A stretch of DNA of 64,000 nt from an uncultured Acidobacteriota bacterium. Its GTDB lineage: Bacteria > Acidobacteriota > Thermoanaerobaculia > Multivoradales > SZUA-115. The position numbers and the translations under genes are program-made. Each line of letters begins with the position of its first letter. The first letter of the stretch is position 1. The notes under the pieces were generated by a model that did no database searches, was not told the origin of the DNA, and saw only the letters and a program-made list of their open reading frames with translations. Positions 46,225 to 56,785 of this stretch are shown in pieces. The stretch lies in assembly GCA_963805975.1 (NCBI GenBank), contig CAWDVR010000001.1, forward strand, positions 1,440,001 through 1,504,000. The letters run 5' to 3'.

Positions 46225-47373
46225 CTACGCGAACCGGTCCGAGAGCCGGTGGATCAGATAGCCGCTCTCGGCGAGGGCCTGCTCGGCGAAGGGGCCGAAG
46301 AACTCGCCGATCGAGCGGAACTCGGTTACGAAACCGTCCTTGTCGTCCTGCTCGACCATGGTGATGAGGCGCTCGTGGTGCTCCAGGAAGCGAGTGAGCA
46401 GGCTCCGGCGCTCTTCATTGGCGAGCACGATGTCGGCGTAGAGCTCGGCGTCCTGCGCGAAGATGCGGCCGGTCATCATCAGCTCGGCGCGGTAGATGGG
46501 GCTCGAGAAGTCCAGGATCTCGGCCGGGCTCATGCCCACGGTCTTGAGGAACGAGCCGTGGACCAGGGCGAGGAAGTGGCGCATGCCCTGGATCAGGTGC
46601 ATGGCCTGGTCGTGGCGCAGGGGGTCGACCTCTTTGAGGCGCATGCCCCAGAGCTCGCATTGCGCGAGCAGCCAGCCATAGCTCTCCGGGCCGCGGCCGG
46701 GGCAGACCAGCATGAGCTGCTTCGAGAGGTTGGCGACGTCCGGGCCGTGCATGGGGTGGAGGCCGACCACCGGCCCGGGGTGGACCGCCAGCATGAGTGG
46801 CAGCACCTCGCCCTTGTTGCTGGTGAAGTCGGCGAGCACCGTGTTCGCGGCAAGGTGCGGTGCCAGGCTCCGCAGCACCTCGGAGGTGTCACGGATCGGC
46901 ACGGTGACGATCACGACGTCGGCGCCCCGCGCCAGCTCGGCGACCTCGTCCCAGTCGTCCCGGCCGAGCTTGCGCACCACGTGGCCGCTCGCGGCCAGCA
47001 CCTTGCCGTAAAGGGTGCCCATGCCGCCGTAGCCGCCCACCAGCAGCACGGTCCTCGGCTCCGGGGTGGCGCTGGGAAAACGATCGAGCGACTGGCTGGC
47101 GCGCGAGGCGCTCATGATCATGCGCAGGAAGTCCTCGGCCCAGTCGGCGTCGAGGCCGCGCGTGGCCGCCTCTCGGCGGAAGCGCTCCACCTTGTCACCC
47201 TCGCGCCGGGGCACGAAGACCGGCACCGCGCTCGCGAGCTTCGCGAGCCCTACCTCGCGCACGATCTCGTTGCGCTCGGCCAGGAGGTCGAGGATGCGCG
47301 CGTCGACCACGTCGAGCCGCTCGCGCAGAGCGGCCAGGGGGTCGGCGCCGGGGAGGTCACGAGGCTCGCTCAT
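46225..47373 (-). CDS. tyrA: Bifunctional chorismate mutase/prephenate dehydrogenase
   Basis: N-terminal CM (LRERLDVVD), VGGYGGMG, LHPMHGP, HDQAM..IQ, SSPIYR. Confidence 0.9.
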   Translation of the reverse strand: MSEPRDLPGADPLAALRERLDVVDARILDLLAERNEIVREVGLAKLASAVPVFVPRREGDKVERFRREAATRGLDADWAEDFLRMIMSASRASQSLDRFPSATPEPRTVLLVGGYGGMGTLYGKVLAASGHVVRKLGRDDWDEVAELARGADVVIVTVPIRDTSEVLRSLAPHLAANTVLADFTSNKGEVLPLMLAVHPGPVVGLHPMHGPDVANLSKQLMLVCPGRGPESYGWLLAQCELWGMRLKEVDPLRHDQAMHLIQGMRHFLALVHGSFLKTVGMSPAEILDFSSPIYRAELMMTGRIFAQDAELYADIVLANEERRSLLTRFLEHHERLITMVEQDDKDGFVTEFRSIGEFFGPFAEQALAESGYLIHRLSDRFA

Positions 47374-47387
47374 CCCGCTCCCCGCGT

Positions 47388-48488
47388 TCAGGGCCCGAGG
47401 CCCGCCGGCAGGGGCTCGAAGCCCTGCAGCCGGGCGACGTCCGCGGCGACGGCGAGCAGGCGGTCGGGGTCGCCCCAGCGCTGGTCGAGGATGAACAGGC
47501 GCGGGTCGAACGGCCGGAAGCTCGCACCCTCGCGGCGCCGCACCTCGTAGTGCAAGTGCGGCGCGATGCTCCAGCCGGAAGCGCCCACGGTGGCGATCCT
47601 CTCGCCCCGCTTCACCCGCTGGCCGGTCCGGACCAGGAGCTCCCGGCAGTGGGCGTAGAGGGTCAGGAACTCGTCGCCGTGATGCAGCACCACCAGGTTG
47701 CCGAAACGCCACCAGCGATGGCCGGGGCCGGCGGGAAAGGTGCCGGCGAAGGCGACGCTGCCGTCGGCCGTGGCCACCACCGGCGTGCCCGCGGGAGCCG
47801 CGAGATCGATGCCCGCGTGGAGCTCACGGCCCTGGGTGAACGGGTCGCGGCGCTCGCCGAAGCCGCTCACCAGGACGAAGCTGTCACTGTCGACGCCGAG
47901 CGGGCGGATCGACGGCGTGAGCCGCACGGCCTGGGGATCAGAAGCCTGGTAGCTCTCGACCTCGGCAGCCCAGGTAGCCGCACGCTCGAGCTCGCGCTGG
48001 ATCTCGGCGATCAGCCGCTCGCCGTGGCGGATCCGGTCGCCTGCGGCGACCTCCGGCAGCAGAGGCGCCACCGGCTCGCCGGCCGGCAGGTCGTAGGCGA
48101 GCACCAGCTTCTGGGCCTCGAAGCGCACGTCCTGGCTGCGCGGCAGCAGCTCCTCGAGCCGTTGCACCAGGGCTTGGAGGCGCCGCGCCTCCTGCGCCTG
48201 CTGAGCGCCCGCCGCGCCGCCGGGATGAGGGCTGGTGAGGTCACGCCATACCCAGGGCAGGAAGGAGAGCCCGACGGCGACGAAGAGAGCGACCGCGACG
48301 AGGCCCAGAGCAGCTAGCCGCCGGCGGGCGGGAGTGGCGAGCAGGGTGCGCACGCGGCCCTTGCCGGCCGGCGGGTGGAACTGCATCTCCCAGGTGTCGG
48401 TCTTGCGCTGGCGCTCCAGCCAACTGCGCTCGCCTGCGGCGTCGTTCCCGGCCGCCCGGCGGGCGTCGCCGTTCTCGCCGCGGCTCAC
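47388..48488 (-). CDS. M23 family metallopeptidase
   Basis: HAGIDL, LYAH, APHLHYEV; N-terminal TM; GTGA overlap with suhB. Confidence 0.88.
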   Translation of the reverse strand: MSRGENGDARRAAGNDAAGERSWLERQRKTDTWEMQFHPPAGKGRVRTLLATPARRRLAALGLVAVALFVAVGLSFLPWVWRDLTSPHPGGAAGAQQAQEARRLQALVQRLEELLPRSQDVRFEAQKLVLAYDLPAGEPVAPLLPEVAAGDRIRHGERLIAEIQRELERAATWAAEVESYQASDPQAVRLTPSIRPLGVDSDSFVLVSGFGERRDPFTQGRELHAGIDLAAPAGTPVVATADGSVAFAGTFPAGPGHRWWRFGNLVVLHHGDEFLTLYAHCRELLVRTGQRVKRGERIATVGASGWSIAPHLHYEVRRREGASFRPFDPRLFILDQRWGDPDRLLAVAADVARLQGFEPLPAGLGP

Positions 48489-49324
48489 GGCGGCACGGTT
48501 GCGGGCACTCTGCCGCGGGTCAGCAGTTCCACTTGCGCCTCGCCGCCGTGGCGCGCCACGGCGGCGCGCAGCTCGCGGTGTACGTCCGGGTTGCCGGCGA
48601 TCACGTTGCCGCTGGCGAGAAAGCCGGCACCGCCGTCGAGGTCGCTCACCCGGCCCCCGGCCTCGCTCACCAGGAGCGCGCCGGCCGCGATGTCCCAGGG
48701 GCCCAGCGCGTACTCGAAGAAGCCGTCGAAGATCCCGGCCGCCGTGTAGGCGAGGTCGAGGGCCGCGGCCCCGCAGCGGCGGATGCCGCGTGCCTCGAGG
48801 AACACGTCGCGGAAGGCTGAGAGATAGACCTCCAGCGCGGCGTGCGAGCGGTAGGGATAGCCGGTGGCGAGAAACGCGCCGGCGAGGCCCCCGTGGGCCG
48901 AGACCCGGATGCTCTGGCCGTTGCGGAACGCGCCCTCGCCCCGGGCGGCGGTGAACAGCTCCTGGCCGAGCGGATCGTAGACCGCGCCGGCCAGCAGCTC
49001 CTCGCCGCGCCGCACGGCGGCCGAGACGCAGAAGTACCGCAGGCCCTGCATGAAGTTCGAGGTGCCGTCCAGCGGGTCGATCAGCCACTGGTGGTCTCCA
49101 CCCTCAGCCGTGCCGCCGCCCTCCTCGGCCAGCACCCGGTGCTCGGGGTGCCGGCGGCGGATCTCCGCCACCATCACCGCCTCGCTCTCGCGGTCGGCAC
49201 GGGTGACGAAATCGTTGGCGGCCTTGGCGACCGCGCCGAGGTCGCGTGAGCCGAAGTGCGAGAGCAGCACCTCACCGCCCGCATGCACGGCGGCGACGGC
49301 GGAGGCGAGGAGGGTGGAGGACAT
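48485..49324 (-). CDS. suhB: Inositol monophosphatase family protein
   Basis: DFVTRAD, WLIDPLDGTSNF, GAAALDL, WDIAAG. Confidence 0.92.
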   Translation of the reverse strand: MSSTLLASAVAAVHAGGEVLLSHFGSRDLGAVAKAANDFVTRADRESEAVMVAEIRRRHPEHRVLAEEGGGTAEGGDHQWLIDPLDGTSNFMQGLRYFCVSAAVRRGEELLAGAVYDPLGQELFTAARGEGAFRNGQSIRVSAHGGLAGAFLATGYPYRSHAALEVYLSAFRDVFLEARGIRRCGAAALDLAYTAAGIFDGFFEYALGPWDIAAGALLVSEAGGRVSDLDGGAGFLASGNVIAGNPDVHRELRAAVARHGGEAQVELLTRGRVPATVPP

Positions 49325-49362
49325 GGCAGGGAACCCGGCGGACGGCCCGGCGAGAGCCGCCA

Positions 49363-51060
49363 TTATTCCACGCGGCGGTAAAAGCGCTCGATCTCCGCCG
49401 CCGCGGGTCGGCCGAGGAAGCGGAAGTCCGGCCGTGGGCTCGAGACCTCGCCGCTGAAGGCCTTCCAGGCGAAGAGACCGGCGAGCCACGTCTTGTCCTC
49501 CAGGGCGGCGAGGAGAGCGCGGTAGGCCGCGGCCTGGTCGCGGAGGGAGAGCTCGCCCCCCTCCCGGTGTGGGTCTACCCAGGCGGCGCGACGGGCCGCG
49601 AAGCCCACTTCGGTCAGGACCAAGGGCTTGCCGAAGCGCGCAGCCGCGGCAGCCAGCTTCTCCACCACCCGGTGCGCGCCGGCCGCCAGCGCTTCGTCCG
49701 AGGCGTCCGGCGCCGAGGCGAGCGGGTAGTAGGCGTCCACCCCGACGAGGTCGAGCCGGTCCCAGAACGGCGCGTTCTCGAGGCCCCCGTACCAGTTGGC
49801 GGCATAGGTCAAGAGGCCCGGATAGAGGCGGCGTACGGCCGCGATCAGCTCCAGCCACTCCCGCTTCCGCGGCAGGGTCTTGTCGAGCTCCACGCCGATC
49901 GCCAGGAGCTCGGCGCCGGCCCAGCGCGCGAGAAACGCGTGATGCAGCACGTAGCGGCGGTAGGCGCTCCACCAGGCCCGCCAATCCGCCTCGCTCGTCA
50001 TCTCGACCTCGCCCGGCCAGGACTCGTGGGACACCCACACGTGCGGCTTCCACAGCACCGTGAAGCCCTTGGCATGAGCACGCCGTGCGGCGTGGAGACA
50101 GCCGATGTCGGTCTCGGCGCGCGGGCCGCGCAGCAGGTAGACCATCTCCGGCCGGCCCGGCGCCGGCTGGTAGGCGAAAGGCATGATGGCGACCGAGTCC
50201 GCTGCCAGCTCACGCAGCCGGTCGAGCTGGCCGTCGACGCTCGGCGAGTGGTAGCCCTGCTCCACGCTGTTGAGCATGGCGAGGGAAACGCCTCGGTACT
50301 TAAGGCCCTTGCCGCGGCCGAGCGGCAGACGAGAAACGGCCGGCTCGGCCTCCTTATCGCGCCTGGCGATCCGGGCCAGCACGGCTTCCACCTCGTCCGG
50401 CTTCCAGGGAGAGGCGAGCTTCTCGGCGAGAGTGTTCCCCGGCCGGGCCTCGATCACCGCCGCTGCGGCCGGCGTCCAGAGGAGCGCCGAGCCATCCCGC
50501 TGCTCGATCTCGGCGAGCAGCTCGGCGGCCAGGGGCAGCGCACCCGCCGCGGCAAAGCCCGGCAGCCACTCGGCGTAGCCGCGCCCGTACCAGTCGCCGG
50601 CCAGCCAGAGCGCCGCCCCACGCGCAATCCAGGGCCGCTGGCCGCGTGCCAGACCGGCCCGCTCGACCAGCCGGCGGGCGAGCGCCACGTGGTACGCGGC
50701 GAGGTCGCGCGCGTCGAAGACCAGGTGCAGATCGAAGCCCGCTCCCCCGGCCTCGCCGCCACGCCCGGCCACGGCCTCCCCCACCTCGCCCGTTTCCCGG
50801 GCCTGGGTCACGTGGTCCGGCTCGACGATCAGGGTGAACGGCCGCTCGACCGCGATCGGCACCCGCGGCGCCATCGCGGCCACCGCTGCTTCGAGCTCGG
50901 CGCCGAGCCGCGCGAGCTCGGGGCGAACCGGCGAGCCGGCGCGGACGAAGAGCCGCACGGCCTTGCCGGAGAACGCGAGGGGGTGCAGAGCAGGCGGCTC
51001 GGCCGCGAGGGCGGCGACCGCCGCGAAGCCCAGACCAAGGGCGACTAGGAAAGTCTGCAC
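49363..51060 (-). CDS. Secreted protein with C-terminal GH113-like TIM barrel
   Basis: LWKPHVW, IGVEL, TYAANW, GVDAYYPL, LTEVGF; GTG 51060 followed by a signal peptide. Confidence 0.75.
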   Translation of the reverse strand: MQTFLVALGLGFAAVAALAAEPPALHPLAFSGKAVRLFVRAGSPVRPELARLGAELEAAVAAMAPRVPIAVERPFTLIVEPDHVTQARETGEVGEAVAGRGGEAGGAGFDLHLVFDARDLAAYHVALARRLVERAGLARGQRPWIARGAALWLAGDWYGRGYAEWLPGFAAAGALPLAAELLAEIEQRDGSALLWTPAAAAVIEARPGNTLAEKLASPWKPDEVEAVLARIARRDKEAEPAVSRLPLGRGKGLKYRGVSLAMLNSVEQGYHSPSVDGQLDRLRELAADSVAIMPFAYQPAPGRPEMVYLLRGPRAETDIGCLHAARRAHAKGFTVLWKPHVWVSHESWPGEVEMTSEADWRAWWSAYRRYVLHHAFLARWAGAELLAIGVELDKTLPRKREWLELIAAVRRLYPGLLTYAANWYGGLENAPFWDRLDLVGVDAYYPLASAPDASDEALAAGAHRVVEKLAAAAARFGKPLVLTEVGFAARRAAWVDPHREGGELSLRDQAAAYRALLAALEDKTWLAGLFAWKAFSGEVSSPRPDFRFLGRPAAAEIERFYRRVE

Positions 51061-51102
51061 CGAGCGCGATGGTAAGGCGAAATCGGGCAGTCCGTGAGGA
51101 AG

Positions 51103-51180
51103 ATGGATTCCCACTTTCGCGGGAATGACGGAGGGACGACTGCGTTCTCTTCTGTCATTCCCGCGAAAGCGGGAATCCAT
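51103..51180. repeat. Inverted pair of ATTCCC-N8-GGGAAT palindromes (dRS3/RPE-like REP)
   Basis: ATGGATTCCCACTTTCGCGGGAATGAC ... GTCATTCCCGCGAAAGCGGGAATCCAT. Confidence 0.85.
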
Positions 51181-51209
51181 CTGTCACGAGCGAACGGCCG
51201 GAGGAGGCA

Positions 51210-51696
51210 AGGCTCCCGGAGTCAACCTCCGGAAGCCTCAGATCAATCGAGACTTAGGACGACCCGACCACAGTCTCGGCAGCTAAGCCGAGGATGTGAG
51301 GAGTCCTGCTGTGTCGGACTGGGTCTTGGCAGAGCGTCGCCAGTGGGCCGGCAGGACTGCCCCTCTTCACCCCGCCGCGAGGTGAGAGAAATCTCACCGA
51401 GTGGGCTGTGGTCCGAATCGTGGTACTCGTTCTCGGGGCGCTAGCTGCGCTGCTGAGAATCCTTCACGGTTAGAGATCACGCCCACGCGGCCGGGTGGAG
51501 GAGTGGCGCCCCCTCTTCCCACACTGTTGCTTGAGACAGACTCAGGCGCGGCTAGGACTCGCGATCCGAAATCCGGCGCTCCATTGCCGGCCCGCCGCGC
51601 CACTTTCCTCCTTTGGCTCAAAGGAGCCTCGGTCTACTAGGCGGCCCTGCAATACCCGCCTCCTCTGAACGGGGATTGCCTGCCTGTCATCCGAGG
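51210..51696 (+). ncRNA. Candidate large structured non-coding RNA (unassigned)
   Basis: More than ten nested stems, a GAAA tetraloop, mismatches mostly G-U on the + strand; no convincing ORF. Confidence 0.5.
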
Positions 51697-51739
51697 TAAT
51701 ACGGTCCGAGTTCGGCAGCGAGCGGTAGAATCCCGCGCC

Positions 51740-52522
51740 GTGGCGAAGAAGCACAAAGCCGGCCCCGGCCCGTGTGTCCACTGCCTCGCGCATGTTGCTG
51801 AGCGGACGTGGGATCATCTGTTCGCGCGCTCGTGGTACCCGGACACGACGCCGGAGAACCTCGAGTTGTGGAAGTTCCCTGCCTGCCAGCCGTGCAACAG
51901 AGCATACGGCGAGCTCGAACAGGATCTCCTCCTGCGCGTCGGCTTGTGCCTGGACCCCACCACCGTCGCGGCGAGCGGCATCCCTGCGGATGTTCTCCGA
52001 GGGATGGACCCTGCGGCAGCGCACAACGAGCAGGATCGTCGGGCGCGCGAGGCGCGACGGCAGAAGATCCTGAACGAGACGTTTGTCGTCGGCCCCGAGC
52101 ACACCCACGCGATCATTCCGGGCTTTGGGGCACGCCCGAATACCCCGCCGATCGGGATCGGCATCCCAGCGCAGTCGCTTGAGCGCCTAGTCGAGAAGTT
52201 CGCGCGGGGGCTCACCTACTTGCGCACGGGTCTCCTCATCACGCCAGCGTACGCGATCGAGGTGTTCGTCGATCCACAGCAGGGAGCACTCGTCGATACG
52301 CTCCTCACCCGCTTCGGGAAACGCGAAGAGCGTGGACCCGGCGTGACCGTGGCGCACGCATTCGCCAAGGACGATGACGCCACCTCGATCTTCGCCGTCG
52401 TCCTCTGGGGGGTCTTCCACCTGTGGGGGGTCGTGCGACGCGTCAACTCGACGAACGAGGATGCAGCAGACCACCCTCGCGAACTCACGCCCGCCAGCGA
52501 GCCGGCCGACGCACCCGTGTGA
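51740..52522 (+). CDS. HNH-like endonuclease domain protein
   Basis: CVHC...TWDHLF...PACQPCN zinc/HNH motif; TAGAAT 8 nt upstream of GTG; atypical codon usage. Confidence 0.65.
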   Translation: MAKKHKAGPGPCVHCLAHVAERTWDHLFARSWYPDTTPENLELWKFPACQPCNRAYGELEQDLLLRVGLCLDPTTVAASGIPADVLRGMDPAAAHNEQDRRAREARRQKILNETFVVGPEHTHAIIPGFGARPNTPPIGIGIPAQSLERLVEKFARGLTYLRTGLLITPAYAIEVFVDPQQGALVDTLLTRFGKREERGPGVTVAHAFAKDDDATSIFAVVLWGVFHLWGVVRRVNSTNEDAADHPRELTPASEPADAPV

Positions 52523-52737
52523 CCAAACGCGACCTGCAGATACTCCACGACAGGGCAGTACCGCTACCTCACGACAGCACAGATCGCCCGCCGCCACTTC
52601 GGCTCCCGCACGCTCGCGCAGCGACGCCTCCGCCGCCTCGCACCGCTGGAGTTCTCCACCGCTTTCACGTCGCTGAGGCCCGCCGCGCGGGCTTTCAGAC
52701 CTGGTGGTGCCTCTCCCGGCAGGCGCTGCACACGTGA
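52519..52737 (+). pseudogene. Remnant of a replication-relaxation (Replic_Relax) family gene
   Basis: MTKRDLQILH, frameshift, then QYRYLTTAQIARRHFGSRTLAQRRLRRL (wHTH start typical of the family). Confidence 0.6.
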
Positions 52738-53097
52738 GCACCGAGGCTGGGCTCGCAGCACAGAGCGTCCCGGTGCCTGCGCGGCTCCCACCCTCGCTCG
52801 GGTTTCTTGCCCACCATGCAGGATTTCTCGCTGCTCTTTAGAGGTTAGGATCTCTGCGCGGCACAGTCGGGATCGCGTGCGAAGGGCGCGTGCGTACCCC
52901 GCCGCCCTTCTTGCAGCCCTTGCGAATATCTTGACCTTGGCCTCCAGTAGAGACTTCCTGAAACGCATGCTCAGCGCATGCCGGAGCGAGAGGAAGGTCC
53001 GAAGCTAGCTAGAACGCTCTTGTAACCCGCTTATTCCACGAGGTTTACAGGCACCCCTGACGACCCCCAGAATGAGCCCTCTGCCGGCCGAATCTCG

Positions 53098-54516
53098 CTA
53101 CGGGCAGGTCGCGAACGCCTCCGTGTCCTGGATGGGCGGCGCCGCCGTGCCCTGGGCGTTCGGGTAGGTCTTGGTCTTTCCGGTCTGCGTGTCGACGACC
53201 ACCACTTCGAACCGGACATTGGTGGTCGCGGCGTAGAAGATCCACCAGCGGTCGTTGAGCGGGCAGCCGTTCACCAGCTTGACCAGGATCTCGAGGTTGT
53301 TGGGGTTCAGGAAGTAGAACGCCCCGGCGGTGTCGGTCAGCGGCACGGCTTGGCCCGCGCCGGACTGCCCGCCGGCGAACTCCCATCGCATCTCCACCTG
53401 GAACCGCCCGCTGCCGAAGCACAGCGTGTCGCCGTCGGCCACGCAAGGCACGCCCGTGGGGCCGTCGGTCGTCGCCGCCTCCTCGTTGGTGTAGGGCGAG
53501 CTGCCGCCGCCATTCGAGGCCCGCACGCGGAAGATGTAATAAGTCGCGGGGTCGAGGCCGTCCTCGGCATAGTCGGTGGCGCCGGCGCCGGCCGTGCCCA
53601 CCTGGGTGAAGCTGCCGCCGAGGGTCTTCCTCTCGATCAAGAACTGCGACTCGTTGGAGGAGTTGTCGTTCCAGCCGAGGTCGATCTCGCTGGTGGAGGT
53701 GGGCTCCGCGGTGAGGCCCGAGGGCGCGGCTGGGGCCGCGGGCTGCGAGCCGCCGTCGTCGTCGGCGATGGTCAGGGTGGCGGTGGCCGGAGTGCCTAGG
53801 GTCGCGCCGCCGGTGGGGGCGGAGAGCGCGAGCGGCACGGTCTCGTTGGGCTCGTCTACGGAGTCGGGGAGGATGGGAACGGTGAAGGTCTTGGCGCCGT
53901 CCACCCCGTCCGCCCAGGAGAGCGTGCCCGTGCGCGGCGTGTAGTCCGTGGCCGCGGTCGCGGTGCCGGTTCCGGTCGCGTACTGGACAGAGACGGCGCC
54001 GTCGTCGCCACCCGTGCGACGCACGGTGATGGTGGCGTTGCCGCTCTCGCCCGTGCTGTAGCTCCCGGTGCTGAACGAGAGGTTTCCCGGCCCGCCTTCC
54101 CCGCCTCCGCCCTGCACCACGATCGTGCCGGTCATCCCCAGGCCGGCGTGGGCATCGCACTGGAAAGGCAGGGTGCCGGCCTGCGTGAAGTTGAGGCGCG
54201 TCACCCAGTTGCCGGCCGGCCCGGAGGACGGGTCGGTCACGCTATAGGGATTGGCGCAGGGGCCGGCGCAGCGGATGACCCCCGGCACGTGGAAGTTGTG
54301 GGGCATCGCGGCGTTGTTGCGGACGCACACCGTCTGGCTGACGTTCACCGTCACGTTGCTGGGGTTGAAGGTGTTGCTCGCCGTGGTGCTGATCACCACG
54401 TCCCCGGCCTCGCAGTTGGCGGCGGGGTCCGGGGTGGGGCCGGGGTTGTCGTAGCCGGCGTGGGCGGCGGCGGAAAGAAAGAACAGGGCGGTCAGGGCGA
54501 GAGCTCGCTGGCGCAT
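53098..54516 (-). CDS. Secreted cupredoxin + Calx-beta + Fn3 protein with conserved C-terminal domain
   Basis: Signal peptide; HNF...FQCDAHAGLGM copper site; Calx-beta (DSVDEPNETV, TIADDD); Fn3; LVKLVNGC...WIFYAATTNV tail. Confidence 0.82.
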   Translation of the reverse strand: MRQRALALTALFFLSAAAHAGYDNPGPTPDPAANCEAGDVVISTTASNTFNPSNVTVNVSQTVCVRNNAAMPHNFHVPGVIRCAGPCANPYSVTDPSSGPAGNWVTRLNFTQAGTLPFQCDAHAGLGMTGTIVVQGGGGEGGPGNLSFSTGSYSTGESGNATITVRRTGGDDGAVSVQYATGTGTATAATDYTPRTGTLSWADGVDGAKTFTVPILPDSVDEPNETVPLALSAPTGGATLGTPATATLTIADDDGGSQPAAPAAPSGLTAEPTSTSEIDLGWNDNSSNESQFLIERKTLGGSFTQVGTAGAGATDYAEDGLDPATYYIFRVRASNGGGSSPYTNEEAATTDGPTGVPCVADGDTLCFGSGRFQVEMRWEFAGGQSGAGQAVPLTDTAGAFYFLNPNNLEILVKLVNGCPLNDRWWIFYAATTNVRFEVVVVDTQTGKTKTYPNAQGTAAPPIQDTEAFATCP

Positions 54517-54560
54517 GGGAACCTCCTCGGGGAGTAGATTCCCGTGGCCCTGCCGCAGGT

Positions 54561-55840
<1,280 letters not shown>

Positions 55841-55844
<4 letters not shown>

Positions 55845-56785
55845 GCCGCGTCCTCCTGTGCGCCCGAGAGCAGGTAGAGCACCGCCATGCGCACCGCGAC
55901 GCCGTGGCTCACCTGCTCGAGGATCACCGAGAACGGCCCGTCGGCCACCTCGCTCGAGATCTCGACGCCGCGGTTGATCGGCCCAGGGTGGAGCACGATC
56001 ACGTCCGGCTGGGCGAGCTTCAGGCGCGCCGCGGTCAGGGCGAAGAGGCGGAAGTACTCGCGCACCGAGGGGAAGAGCATGCGCGACTGGCGCTCGAGCT
56101 GCACGCGGAGCATCATCACCACGTCCTTGCCGGCCAGCGCCTCGTCGAGCGAGTAGGACACCGTGGCGCCCAGCGCCTCCATGCCGGGGGGCATCATGGT
56201 GCGCGGTCCGGCCACGGTCACCCGCGCCCCCATCCGGGTCAGCAGGTGGACGTTCGAGCGCACCACGCGGCTGTGCTCCACGTCGCCGACGATCGCCACC
56301 TCGAGCCCTTCGAGCCGGCCCTTGTGGCGGCGGATGGTGAAGGCGTCGAGCAGCGCCTGGGTGGGGTGCTCGTGCGCGCCGTCGCCGGCGTTGACCACGT
56401 GTGACTTGTTGAGGCGCTTCGCCAGCAGGTGCGGCGCGTAGGGATGGGCGTGGCGGATGACGATCACGTCCGGCGCCATGGCCTCGAGGTTGAGAGCGGT
56501 GTCGATCAGGCCCTCGCCCTTGGTGAGCGAGGAGCTCGAGGTCGAGAAGTTGACCGCGTCGGCCGACATGCGCTTGGCCGCGATCTCGAAGCTCGAGCGG
56601 GTGCGGGTCGAGGGCTCGAAGAAGAGATTGACGACCGTCTTGCCGCGCAGCGTCGGCACCTTCTTGATCGGGCGGGCGGAGACCTGGACGAAAGACTCGG
56701 CGGTGTCGAGGAGGAGCAGGATCTCCTCGCGCGACAGCTCCTCGATGCCGAGGAGATCCTTGCGCTGCCACGTTCCGCCGCTCAA
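55841..56785 (-). CDS. pyrB: Aspartate carbamoyltransferase catalytic subunit
   Basis: [30 protein letters not shown]. Confidence 0.96.

Noticed and set aside
51061-51180. ORF-track N-terminus MDSRFRGND... of the GH113-like gene
   Set aside because: It is a translation of the palindromic repeat; a signal peptide begins at GTG 51060.
51210-51696. tmRNA, RNase P RNA, SRP RNA, group II intron or cobalamin riboswitch
   Set aside because: No tRNA-like ends or tag frame; the minus-strand GAGGAAAGTGG differs from RNase P GAGGAAAGTCC and other conserved blocks are missing; no domain V or B12 box found by eye.
51740-52522. IscB/TnpB OMEGA nuclease
   Set aside because: Only 260 aa with an N-terminal HNH-like motif; no PLMP or RuvC motifs recognised.
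52564-52968. 134-aa minus-strand ORF in the foreign islet
   Set aside because: No RBS or recognisable motif, and it overlaps the relaxase remnant.
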